Translations under genes and position numbers: made by a program
Notes under the pieces: generated by a model
Databases searched by the model: none
What the model was told of the DNA's origin: nothing
What the model saw: only the letters and a program-made list of their open reading frames with translations
Shown here: positions 48,030-59,673 of the stretch, one piece after another
How positions within the stretch are numbered: position 1 is the first letter of the stretch
How the letters are laid out: every line of letters starts with the position of its first letter
From: Nemertoderma westbladi
Taxonomy: Eukaryota > Animalia > Xenacoelomorpha
Reading direction: 5' to 3'
NCBI GenBank assembly: GCA_032718475.1
Contig: JAUCBJ010007324.1
Span: forward strand, 41,957-105,956
DNA: 64,000 bases

Positions 48030-50352
48030 GTGAATGTCAGACTGGAGAGACCCAGACTACATCTCCCCAGTTGGCCAGCATCCCAACGCGGCCCTTACAA
48101 CTCCGGTGAATGTCCGACAGGAGAGACCCAGACTACATCTCCCCAGTTGGCCAGCATCCCAACGCGGCCCTTACAACTCCGGTGAATATAAGACAGGAGA
48201 GACCCAGACTACATCCCTCTAGTTGGCCAGCATCCCACCTCGGCCCTTACAACCCCGGTGAATGTCAGACAGGAGAGACCCAGACTACATCCCTCTAGTT
48301 GGCCAGCATCCCACCTCGGCCCTCACAACCCCGGTCAATGTCAGACAGGAGAGACACAGACCACATCTCTCTAGTTGGCCAGCATCCCACCGCGGCCCTC
48401 ACAACCCCGGTGAATGTCAGACAGGAGAGACCCAGACTACATCCCTCTAGTTGGCCAGCATCCCACCTCGGCCCTCACAACCCCGGTCAATGTCAGACAG
48501 GAGACACCCAGACTACATCTCTCTAGTTGGCCAGCATCCCACCGCGGTCCTCACAACCCCGGTAAATGTCGGACAGGAGAGACCCAGACTACATCTCCCC
48601 AGTTTGCCAGCATCCCACCGCGGCACTCACAACCCCTATACATAACCCCAGTTTGCCAGCATCCCACCTCGGCCCTCACAACCCCGGTGAATGTTAGACA
48701 GGAGAGACACAGACCACATCTCTTTAGTTGGCCAGCATCCCACCGCGGCCCTTACAACTCCGGTGAATGTCAGACAGGAGAGACCCAGACTACATCTCCC
48801 CAGTTGGCCAGCATCCCAACGCGGCCCTTACAACTCCGGTGAATGTCAGACAGGAGAGACCCAGACTACATCTCCCCAGTTGGCCAGCATCCCAACGCGG
48901 CCCTTACAACTCCGGTGAATATCAGACAGGAGAGACCCAGACTACATCCCTCTAGTTGGCCAGCATCCCACCTCGGCCCTTACAACCCCGGTCAATGTCA
49001 GACAGGAGAGACACAGACCACATATCTCTAGTTGGCCAGCATCCCACCGCGGCCCTCACAACCCCGGTGAATGTCAGACAGGAGAGACCCAGACTACATC
49101 CCTCTAGTTGGCCAGCATCCCACCTCGGCCCTCACAACCCCGGTCAATGTCAGACAGGAGACACCCAGACTACATCTCTCTAGTTGGCCAGCATCCCACC
49201 GCGGTCCTCACAACCCCGGTAAATGTCGGACAGGAGAGACCCAGACTACATCTCCCCAGTTTGCCAGCATCCCACCGCGGCACTCACAACCCCTATACAT
49301 AACCCCAGTTTGCCAGCATCCCACCTCGGCCCTCACAACCCCGGTGAATGTTAGACAGGAGAGACACAGACCACATCTCTTTAGTTGGCCAGCATCCCAC
49401 CGCGGCCCTCACAACCCCGGTAAATGTCGGACAGGAGAGACCCAGACTACATCTCCCCAGTTTGCCAGCATCCTACCGCGGCACTCACAACCCCTATACA
49501 TAACCCCAGTTGGCCAGCATCCCACCTCGGCCCTCACAACCCCGGTGAATGTTAGACAGGAGAGACACAGACCACATCTCTCAAGTTGGCCAGCATCCCA
49601 CCGCGGCCCTCACAACCCCGGTGAATGTCAGACAGGAGAGACCCAGACTACATCTCCCCAGTTGGCCAGCATCCCAACGCGGCCCTTACAACTCCGGTGA
49701 ATGTCAGACCGGAGAGACCCAGACTACATCTCCCCAGTAGGCCGGCATCCCACATCAGCCCTCACAACCCCGGTGAATGTCAGACAGGAGAGACCCAGAC
49801 TACATCTCTCCAGTTGGCCAGCATCCCACCTCGGCCCTCACAACCCCGGTCAATGTCAGACAGGAGAGACCCAGACTACATCTCCCCAGTAGGCCGGCAT
49901 CCCACCTCGGCCCTCACAACCCCGGTCAATGTCAGACAGGAGAGACCCAGACTACATCTCCCCAGTTGGCCAGCATCCCACCTCGGCCCTCACAACCCCG
50001 GTGAATGTCAGACAGGAGAGACCTTGACTAAATCTTTCCAGTTGGCCAGCATCTCAACGCGGCCCGTACAACCCCGGTGAATGTCAGACAGGAGAGACCC
50101 AGACTACATCTCCCCAGTAGGCCGGCATCCCACCTCGGTCCTCACAACCCCGGTGAATGTCAGACAGGAGAGACCCAGACTACATCTCCCCAGTTGGCCA
50201 GCATCTCAACGCGGCCCGTACAACCCCGGTGAATGTCAGACAGGAGAGACCCAGACTACATCTCCCCAGTAGGCCGGCATCCTACCTCGGCCCTCACAAC
50301 CCCGGTGAATGTCAGACAGCAGAGACCCAGACTACATCTCCCCAGTTGGCCA
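48030..50352. repeat. 76-bp tandem repeat, ~30 copies, with a 657-bp higher-order duplication
   Basis: Unit GTGAATGTCAGACAGGAGAGACCCAGACTACATCTCCCCAGTTGGCCAGCATCCC...ACAAC(C/T)CCG. Identical variant ORFs recur 657 bp apart (48414/49071, 48451/49108). Confidence 0.93.
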
Positions 50353-50732
50353 TAGTATGCAGCAAAATTAGCCCGTGAGAATGCTACGCCCGCATCAAAT
50401 CTTCGCCTTCAAAATGACCAACTATCATCCGGCTGAAACTTTGCCCGTGGGCAATCATCGCCCATGAGCAAACATCGCCCACTAAACAATGATTTTTTGG
50501 TTAGAAAAAGCCGACTCTGTAACCTGCTACTTTCCTTGAATTGGTAACAACATCGTCTATTGTTTTGGTTAGAAAAAGCCGACTCTGTAACCTGTTCCTT
50601 TCCCTCAATTGGTAACTGAAATGGTAACTAACACAAATATTATGGGCGAAGGTTGCTGGTGGGCAAAGATTCCCTTGCGGGCGAAGTTTTCACCGGGCGA
50701 AGTTTGGATGCGGGCGAAGGTTGCACCATTCC
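50353..50732. mobile_element. MITE with CGCCC/GGGCG-repeat inverted ends, inserted in the end of the 76-bp array
   Basis: Flanked by a TTGGCCA direct repeat (50346-50352 and 50733-50739); CGCCCGCATC is inverted as GATGCGGGCG. Confidence 0.7.
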
Positions 50733-50819
50733 TTGGCCAGCATCCCAACTCGGCACTAACAAACCTAAGTCAACGACAGACCGGAGAAACCCAGGCTACA
50801 TCACCCTAGTGGCCTATCA

Positions 50820-52652
50820 AGTACAACTAACAGCACTGCGACAAGTAGAACTAACAACACTGCGGCATGTGTGAATAACAGCACTACGGCATGTAGAACT
50901 AACACTACTGCAGCATGTGTGAATAACAGCACTACGGCATGTAGAACTAACAACACTGCAGCATGTGTGAATAACAGCACTACGGCATGTCGAACTAACA
51001 ACACTGCAGCATGTGTGAATAACAGCACTACGGCATGTAGAACTAACAACACTGCAGCATGTGTGAATAACAGCACTACGGCATGTCGAACTAACAACAC
51101 TGCAGCATGTGTGAATATCAGCACTACGGCATGTAGATGTAGAACTAACAACACCTCAGTATGTGTGAATAACAGCACTACGGCATGTAGAAATAACAAC
51201 ACTGCAGTAAGTGTGAATAACAGCACTACGGCATGTAGAACTAACACTACTGCAGCATGAGTGAATAACAGCACTACGGCATGTAGAACTAAAAACACTG
51301 CAGCATGTGTGAATAACAGCACTACGGCATGTAGAACTAACAACACTGCAGCGTGTGTGAATAACAGCACTACGGCATGTAGAAGTAACAACACTGCAGC
51401 ATGTGTGAATAACAGCACTACGGCATGTAGAACTAACAACCCTGCAGCATGTGGGAATAACAGCACTGCGGCATGTAGAACTAACAACACCGCAGCATGT
51501 GTGAATAACAGCACTACGGCATGTAGAACTAACAACACCTCAGTATGAGTGAATAACAGCACTACGGCTTGTAGAACTAACAACACTGCAGCATCTGTGT
51601 AACAGAACAGCACTACGGCATGTATAACTTACAACACTGCAGCATGTATGAATAACAGCACTATGGCATGTAGAACGAACAACACTGCAGCATGTGTGAA
51701 TAACAGCATTACGGCATGTAGAACTAACAACACTGCAGCATGTGTGTATAACAGCACTACGGCATGTAGAACTAACAACACTGCAGCATGTGTGAATAAC
51801 AGCACTACGGCATGTAATAACTAACAACACTGCAGCATGTGTGAATAACAGCACTGCGGCAAGTAGAACTAACAACACTGCAGTATGTGTGAATAACAGC
51901 ACTGCCGCATGTAGAACTAACAACACTGCAGCATGTGTGAATAACAGAACTGCGGCAAGTAGAACTAACAACACTGCAGCATGTGTGAATAACAGCACTG
52001 CGGCATGTAGAACTAACAACCCTGCAGCATGTGTGAATAACAGCACTACGGCATGTTGAACTAACAACCCTGCAGCATGTGTGAATAACAGCACTGCGGC
52101 ATGTAGAACTAACAACACTGCAGCATGTGTAAATAACAGCACTACGGCATGTAGAACTAACAACACTACAGCATGTGTGAATAACAGCACTACGGCATGT
52201 AGAACTAACAACACTGCAGCATGTGTGAATAACAGCACTGCCGCATGTAGAACTAACAACACTGCAGCATGTGTGAATAACAGAACTGCGGCAAGTAGAA
52301 CTAACAACACTGCAGCATGTGTGAATAACAGCACTGCGGCATGTAGAACTAACAACCCTGCAGCATGTGTGAATAACAGCACTACGGCATGTTGAACTAA
52401 CAACACTGCAGCATGTGTGAATAACAGCACTACGGCATGTAGAACTAACAACACTACAGCATGTGTGAATAACAGCACTACGGCATGTAGAACTAACAAC
52501 ACTACAGCATGTGTGAATAACAGCACTACGGCATGTAGAACTAACAACCCTGAGCATGTGTGAATAACAGCACTACGGCATGTAGAACTAACAACCCTGA
52601 GCATGTGTGAATAACAGCACTACGGCATGTAGAACTAACAGCCCTACGGCAT
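50820..52652. repeat. 48-bp tandem repeat (dimer of related 24-mers), ~38 copies
   Basis: GCATGTGTGAATAACAGCACTACG + GCATGTAGAACTAACAACACTGCA. Confidence 0.95.
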
Positions 52653-52989
52653 TTTCTATTATCAGATAGTCGGGGAACTTTCGACGCAAGAAAAATTTTA
52701 TCCTCTCCAGGGGATAATCGACGCAATAATGGTCCGCTATATGAATCCAATAACAATGCGTCTACTCTAATTACTGTCCCTCATTATCATGTACAGCATT
52801 TGATTGGTTAATTGGTATAACTACGTACTATATAGTTGGCCAGTTATTACTATTTACTATTAATTATATATTTAATGTCTATTTAAATTATTTTGAATCT
52901 GTTAACTAGTATATATGAATAATAAAGTGGGTACAAATATTATTATGACTATTACTCCGTTGGCAAAGACATACCAGTTCATTTCATTT

Positions 52990-53140
52990 TATATGAAAGC
53001 CGACCAGCTGACCACAGGTGACTTATGGAGGATCGCTAGAAGTCGGCTAGTTTACACATAAGGTATTTAGGTTAGGCCAAGTTCCAACCACTCTTGGGTC
53101 ATGTATAAAGAGTAAGTCGCAAGTGGTCGGCTTACATATA
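52990..53140. mobile_element. Short MITE
   Basis: TATATGAAAGCCGACCA ... TGGTCGGCTTACATATA inverted termini. Confidence 0.55.
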
Positions 53141-54924
53141 TCATCATAGACTACATAGAGTTTTGGTCTAACATTTACACTCATTTTTAACGGAATAATT
53201 TGTTTGCGGTAAAGGTAAATGATACGTACCGCCGTGTCTATTGGTTTGGTTACTTCCGAAACAGATCACTACAGAAATGGATTACAAAAATAGGTTTATC
53301 TTACCAAATTCAATGCAATTTCTTCATTCCATGCTGACTCATATTCGCCGATATTAAATAAATAAAATAATTCTCGTACATATATTAAAAAAAAATATGT
53401 AAAAAATGTAAAATAATTCATTACAAACTAACTGCCTCCACTCTGCGTCCAAACCCACCAGAAAGATATTGTTTTACTATCGAAATATCTATGAATATCT
53501 CGGGAACATAAATATCACAACAGAAAAACTTAACATTGCTTCCATATTCCATTATAAATACTATTAAACCTGCACCCTAAAATACGGCTCACATTATAAT
53601 ATATAACAAAAGTATAACTTACAATGGGTTGATTTACAATTATTAAGTTCTGGAACTGAAGGTTATTGGATGGAACGAGAAGGAACGTTGGTAACTGGGG
53701 AGGTTCGTCTATATTCACTTAGAATTTGATCTTCTGTATCGTTGATCAACCTAAAATAATAATATTACAAGCCGATAGTAATTATGGTTTAGTAATAATG
53801 ACAGTAGGTATCTATGTATGTAAAGATTGATGTTCTGTGTTGGTATCTACGTACATACTGATGGTAAATCTCCGTATGTACTTTATGTACATAGAGACAG
53901 CTGGTAGGTCTAAATATGTACGAACAGACAGATAATAGGTCTAGTTATTTATACTGTATAACCTGATTAAGTGTACGGTCACACTGTGACTGGAATGTTG
54001 TTGTATGTTTATGAAGCAACATTAATAATGTTGGTGAAAGATTTAATATAAGATGTTCAGGAGAAAATATATTACTAAAAATGTATCTATTTCTACAAAA
54101 ATATTTCTGCACCTTTGCTACTTTATATGTATAACATAAGGCAACGCAATTAGATTACAAACTTACATTTATTTGTAGATAAATTTTGTCTTTCGTCAGG
54201 ATCTTTGGAGCTGAATAAATTGTAGCGATTCTGCGACACTGTGATTAAGTACTCGTAAGGTATACTGACTGACACACAGCCGTTTCACAGCCTTTATATG
54301 GTTGGTAACAACTGAACTTCACTTCTACAAATATGGGTGTTAACATTTAGTTCACTAATTAATGGGCTGTGTGTTCCAAGGGAGATATTATCTATCGCAA
54401 ATATCTCTGTAATGTAATGTTTGTCATCTTTATACAAGAAAGGGGTGTGTGTACGTAGAAATCGATTATAATTAATTGAAATCCGTGACTATGTTCCACG
54501 AATATGACTCAGGTCATGGGAACCAATAATCTTAACGGAAGTTTCCCATACTGTAAGATAACCAAGGATATAACACCCAGGATATATATTCATCGCCTGT
54601 CACCAACATTCATGGTATTTGACAATAAATCTCAGCATAAGTCATGTGATGATGTTTAGTGCTGTTCTTAATAGTCTTTTATGTGGATTTCAATTTGATA
54701 GAGAATCAATGGGTGTGGTGAGTTACTGTAACTTTGGCGCTCGTCTAGGAAATACTACTACTGCTATCAGAGTGCTGCATTGCAGCTGCATTATATATAT
54801 TACGTATATTAAGTATAATTAAGTATAATACTACTTTGATCACCTGACAAAGATCGCAACCCCCCCCCCCCCCCCCCCCTAACTTAATATGTTTCCTAGT
54901 GATTCTGACAGTACAGGTACCCCT

Positions 54925-55190
54925 AAGTCATCAGCAAATTCTAGATCAGTAAGGTAATTTAATGGATTTATTTATTTGTGGCAGTACAGTAGGTGGAGTT
55001 ACCATCACCCATAATCATTATGATGATCTAAGGACATGCGTATAACATAGTCAGTCAATCACAATTACGAATAAAAAGAGTGCAAGTGTGTCACCGTGAA
55101 GGACTCCCCATAAGACTTCGAATGGATCTGTGTCGCCAACATCAGCAGGAGACACTAATGTGGTGGAACCATCGTACAGTGATCGGATAA
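54925..55190 (-). pseudogene. Degenerate RTE RT fragment (same family as 2412-2690)
   Basis: The minus strand shows DTDPFEVLWGVLHGDTLALFLF and LTDLEFADD remnants. Confidence 0.7.
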
Positions 55191-55329
55191 CTGTAATAAT
55201 TTCTTCTGGCGTCCAGAGAACCCAAACCTCTAGCTGTAGATAAACTGCACAAACAAATAATAGAACAGCTATTCAAATCAATAACACAGACTAAAACAGT
55301 ACTGTTACTACGAAGCCCAAAACCACGAA

Positions 55330-55450
55330 CACCTGAGATAAATAGCCTAAATTTAATCTTAAACAATAAAATAATTGACCAATCAACAGAAATTAAATAT
55401 CTGGGGGTTATTATAGATAATAAAAATCGATACAGTTTGGGGTAGAGCGG
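55330..55450 (+). pseudogene. Degenerate LINE RT C-terminal fragment
   Basis: The plus strand reads LNNKIIDQSTEIKYLGVIIDNK. Confidence 0.5.
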
Positions 55451-55994
55451 GTTGACCACAGATGACTAATGAAATGAATAACAAAAGTTATTACAAGTGA
55501 GACCCAGACTAACATCAAACAAAAGTTGCTACAATTGTATGTTGTATCAAGAATATGATTACCACGCCGGTGACGATAGCGCGAGAATTCCTCCATAATA
55601 AAATATCATGAAAGGAACAGCTACATACAACCCAGCAATAAATGTCTATGACAATATCATTACTAAGACAGATAAAAGGACAACTACCTCTATTAACGAA
55701 ACTAATGCTGTATAAAACACTCGTAATGCCCTACCACAATTAAATACAAAATTATGCTCTCCGTATCATATAAAAAAAATACAAGAAAGCACTGGAACTG
55801 AACTAAGAACTGTTACAAGACTTCCACACTTAAACGCCCTATGAGTGTTCCACTCAACAGAATATCTTTATTCCAAAATTGTAACATTACTCAACGCCGT
55901 TAGTATTAACAGCGAATTGTTATTTAGCACTTTCCAACTTTCTAGGACATTACAGCATTGTATTGGCCTGTACATTTAGTATTTTATTTGGTGT

Positions 55995-56085
55995 TATTGT
56001 TTAGGTGGTAACCCATGACGGCGTTAAGTAATGTCCACTAAGGGGACATTACTTAACGCCGTCATTGGATACCACGTAAACAATA
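55995..56085. repeat. Near-perfect hairpin (~90 bp)
   Basis: ATGACGGCGTTAAGTAATGTCC-ACTAAGG-GGACATTACTTAACGCCGTCAT with extended imperfect arms. Confidence 0.85.
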
Positions 56086-56349
56086 GGTGGAAATTTTCGT
56101 GACAGCCAAATAGTCCTACTGCATTACCTACCGGTAGGCGGGGTAGAGCTATTAATAACCACTAGGGCCTAGCTATATTATTATAACATGGCTCCAAACG
56201 CCACCATAAATATAAGCTAACTTATATATAACATAATTTATGTCATTTTTATATTTATTTTTACAGGAAATAATATAATTTGTGCAGTTTATATCACTTA
56301 TAATGTATATGTGCAATCATTTCGTAATGTTAAAATTTTGGAATAAAAC

Positions 56350-56492
56350 TACATACATACTTGTTGCAAAGTACTTTACAGTGTTCTGATCCTCGTGGCT
56401 TTATTTTCAATCACTCACTAACGTTCGTTCGTGTAGCAAAGCCACTCTGATCATCACACTGTAAAGTGCTACTTTAGACACAAGTATGTAAA
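56350..56492. repeat. Imperfect foldback (~140 bp)
   Basis: TACATACTTGT...ACTTTACAGTGT pairs with ACACTGTAAAGT...ACAAGTATGTA. Confidence 0.65.
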
Positions 56493-57077
56493 TAGTTATT
56501 ACAGGTACATGTTAGATCTGATTCCTGCATTACACACGGCTTCCTTTTATTGACCAACTAAAAAACACCACATAGCAAATAAATATTAGAACCAAGACAA
56601 TAAAAATACTTATGATTCGAAACAAATATGGTTACAATACATTCCTAATATCAGCAGCCAAAATGTATAACTCGCTCTATAACTATAAAAATAACTATAA
56701 CTCTATGTTAATGACTCACTATAGGATATTATTACTATTACTATATTAATATGGATACTATTATGGTACACTTATTGCAATTATCTCCATAAATATAAAT
56801 AATCTACGAGATGGTATAGTAATAATGTAGTTAATTTCCATTTTACTAGTTTGAGATAGTTAGCCCGGTTGGAACATGATCTTTTTAATTTTCAGTTGTG
56901 CGGTAATTAATTGTTACTGTTTAACCTGCCTACCCGTACTTCATTATTCAGATATAATTACAAACTTCAAAAACAAGAATTAAATCTAACAAATAATCAT
57001 GAAGAGTTTATATACAATAGTTTGAGTTAGTATTTCCACTCCTTCCCTGTTGTTACTTGGCATTACACCATACAGTT

Positions 57078-58870
57078 TCAGATACGTAAACCTAAGGGGA
57101 TTCCAGCACCATGCTCTGCCCCAATACTACGCCACTTTGTCCTCGACGCCCTTAAGCAGGCACAAGTTGCCCTCAGGACCCCAAACGAGAGGCGCGCCCT
57201 CACCCATCCCATGACACAGCTGTAAGGCTTTGCCAATTTCTTGGATATTTTATTTGCCAATTTCTGGCCTGTCGGCCAGCCTCTATAACGCCATGGAGTA
57301 CTCAGGGGCGAGCAAGCCATCCACCGTTACCACAAGAAGGGTAAAATCGGCCTGACGAAGGGCACAGGCGTCGTGGTATTTCGTCTTCTTCTCATGCTCA
57401 GCATCAATCAGTATGGAGGCCGTCAGAAGCGACTCGTATGAGGGGGCACCAGGGTCAACGTCCCGAACATCGAATAATGCCCGTCTCAGTGGCTGCCAAT
57501 AGCCCCTTACCGAAAGGTCTGCACGTAGACCCACCACCCCATATCACCTCACGAATCACTGGCTCCCATGCTATGCATGACTCAGGGAAGGCGAGACTGA
57601 ACAGGTCGCCCTGGATGTCCCGAACCTCATTGTGGCGGAGGGTTACCAGGCGCCCCTTCTTGCAATCGAGCGCGTGGGTTGTGGTAAATACTTCCCTGCA
57701 ACCATCACACCTCGCATGGGCACCAACCAGGGGACGTCCATATCGGAGGTAAAGACCATCCCGGAATTCATTGGCAGACAGGTAAAAGTCCTAATCCAAC
57801 GTGACAGGAATGACTCGCTGTAGGTAGTCCCATTCACATTGCACACCTGGTGAATGCAGCATAAGCAGCCTGTGGCTGATTGGTAGCAACACTGGCTAAT
57901 CTAGACACTGCACACTTCCATGTCGCTACCTTCCCGGAGATATACTCGGCCTGGAGGGAAGCACTACCCACAAAGAGGCCCAGAGTACGAGTGCCCTTTA
58001 CAATTCCTCGTCCATCCACCCTAACCCCAAGGTCACGGAACAACTCTTGGGCTAGGGTAGCATCACAGTCCTCAACAACCAACATACACTTGTCAGGCTC
58101 TGGGTAATAGCTGTAGGAGGGGCCGAGCTCCTTGAGGAGAATAAACCACTCGAGCAAGTCAGATAATGTAGTGGCATTCTGAGCATCGTCAGCGAACCAC
58201 ACTTGAGTCCATGCCACTGAATTCTTTAGCTTAATGATGAGGGAAGCGACCGCGTAACCTAGCATCGCAAAGGGGTCCCCCTGCGTCCAACCTTCCCTAC
58301 TAGGTAGGGTGACCGCCCCTCGCTCACCATGGATAATCAGGGAGGCATACCCCCGGTATGTGTTGAACAAGAAGCGGGACTCGCGTGGCCAAAGCATACG
58401 AAAGTTCCAGAGTGCTGTCACTCGGTTTACTGCGTTAAAAGCGTTTCTAGCGTCGACTAGTAAAACGCCCCAACCATCACCCTGGTGTTCCTCCCATAAG
58501 CCCCCTACCGCATGAACTGCGGCTTCGATGCCAGCCGACAAGCCACTACATAACTGGTCCATTCCACACAGTGTCTGTACATCAGCCTGCATGGTTTCCG
58601 CCATACACTTTCCGAGAACTCTACACAGTGACTCCCCGACCCCAATTGGGCATACACCTGGGCACTTGTCCAATGCAATTAATCTGCAAGCCATCAGTGC
58701 GCGAATTGACTTCCATTCAACAACTTGGGTGGACAGACGACGTACTAGGCTAGCAATTGCCTCTCTGAGTCGGGAACTGCCTGTTCTGCGGTAGAGGAGC
58801 ATATCCTGCCAATGCACTGAGTCTGCGCCACCCAGTCCAGCACCCCTTCGAAGCTTACGGGCCACAGTCT
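57078..58870 (-). pseudogene. Decayed CRE-clade non-LTR retrotransposon (RT, zinc knuckle, restriction-like endonuclease)
   Basis: RT motifs ACRLIALDKCPGV.PIGVGE, GIEAAVHA, DARNAFN, QGDP, FADD. Downstream C..C...HAL.C...G....RHNEVRD and RADLSVRGYW...FDVR...EKKTKY. Internal deletion and frameshifts. Confidence 0.85.
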
Positions 58871-58964
58871 GTATTATAGAAGGCAGTCACCTGCCATCTA
58901 TAATGCATTTTGCAACACAGAAGTTTTAAGATCACAATTATATTGAGCATATTGGAAGTGTGCT

Positions 58965-59105
58965 GAACATACGTGGTCGGGAGACTGAATAAAAGGCCTT
59001 GAAGAAGTCAACAAAGATGCCAGACAGATGCCCGTCTTTCTTTTTTGATAACTCTTCAATTATCCTTCTAAGTGCTAAAATGGGCTCCTTTGTCCCACGA
59101 CCTTT
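58965..59105 (-). pseudogene. Degenerate RTE RT fragment (same family as 2412-2690)
   Basis: AAGGCCTTGAAGAAGTCAACAAAGAT...TCTTTCTTTTTTGATAACTCTTCAATTATCCTTCTA is shared with ~2608-2686. Confidence 0.8.
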
Positions 59106-59673
59106 TCGGCTGCATTGCGAATAGCATTGCGTGTATTTATAATTTTTATGCGTAGAGGAGCCGTTGTTTCTCGTACGTAGTTTACAACTTTACGAGTACA
59201 CTGACTATATGCAATATATTCTTTCGGTATTTAAATATTATTTTACTACTCTTTGTTTTTGGTGGTTAAACTATTCGAAATATTTTTGGTGCTATTTAAG
59301 TTTTAAAAATTCTATATCTTTAGTGCTTAAAATATATTTCTAGAACTCGTTTGACGGTCACTAACAGAGATAGGCATAGCATTAAACATTATTTAAAATT
59401 TTTTCTAGGTTGGCCTTTCCAAGACCTACCGGTAACAACAACCGCTGTTGTAGCATTTTACATTATCTTAATCTGTTAGATTTATGTGCTGACTCCCTTA
59501 TTAAAGTTTGTGTTCTAGCCCCGCCTATGAGGCTGATTCGTAAGTTTTATTTCTGCTTTCTATTTTTGCTAATTGTTTAGGTCTTAGTAGTCTTTTATGT
59601 ACATTTTGTACATGCTACACTACAAGTCGTCCACATGCTCAATGATTGACCCACGGCAGCATTTTAGCCACGG

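Noticed and set aside
48030-50352. 76-bp unit as a tRNA gene array
   Set aside because: The length is tRNA-like, but no cloverleaf, A box or GTTCRA B box is recognisable on either strand.
50801-52604. Cys/Asn/Thr-rich (antifreeze-like) or hydrophobic membrane-protein ORFs
   Set aside because: These are translations of the 48-bp repeat, interrupted by stops and frameshifts, with no unique flanking coding sequence or clear splice sites.
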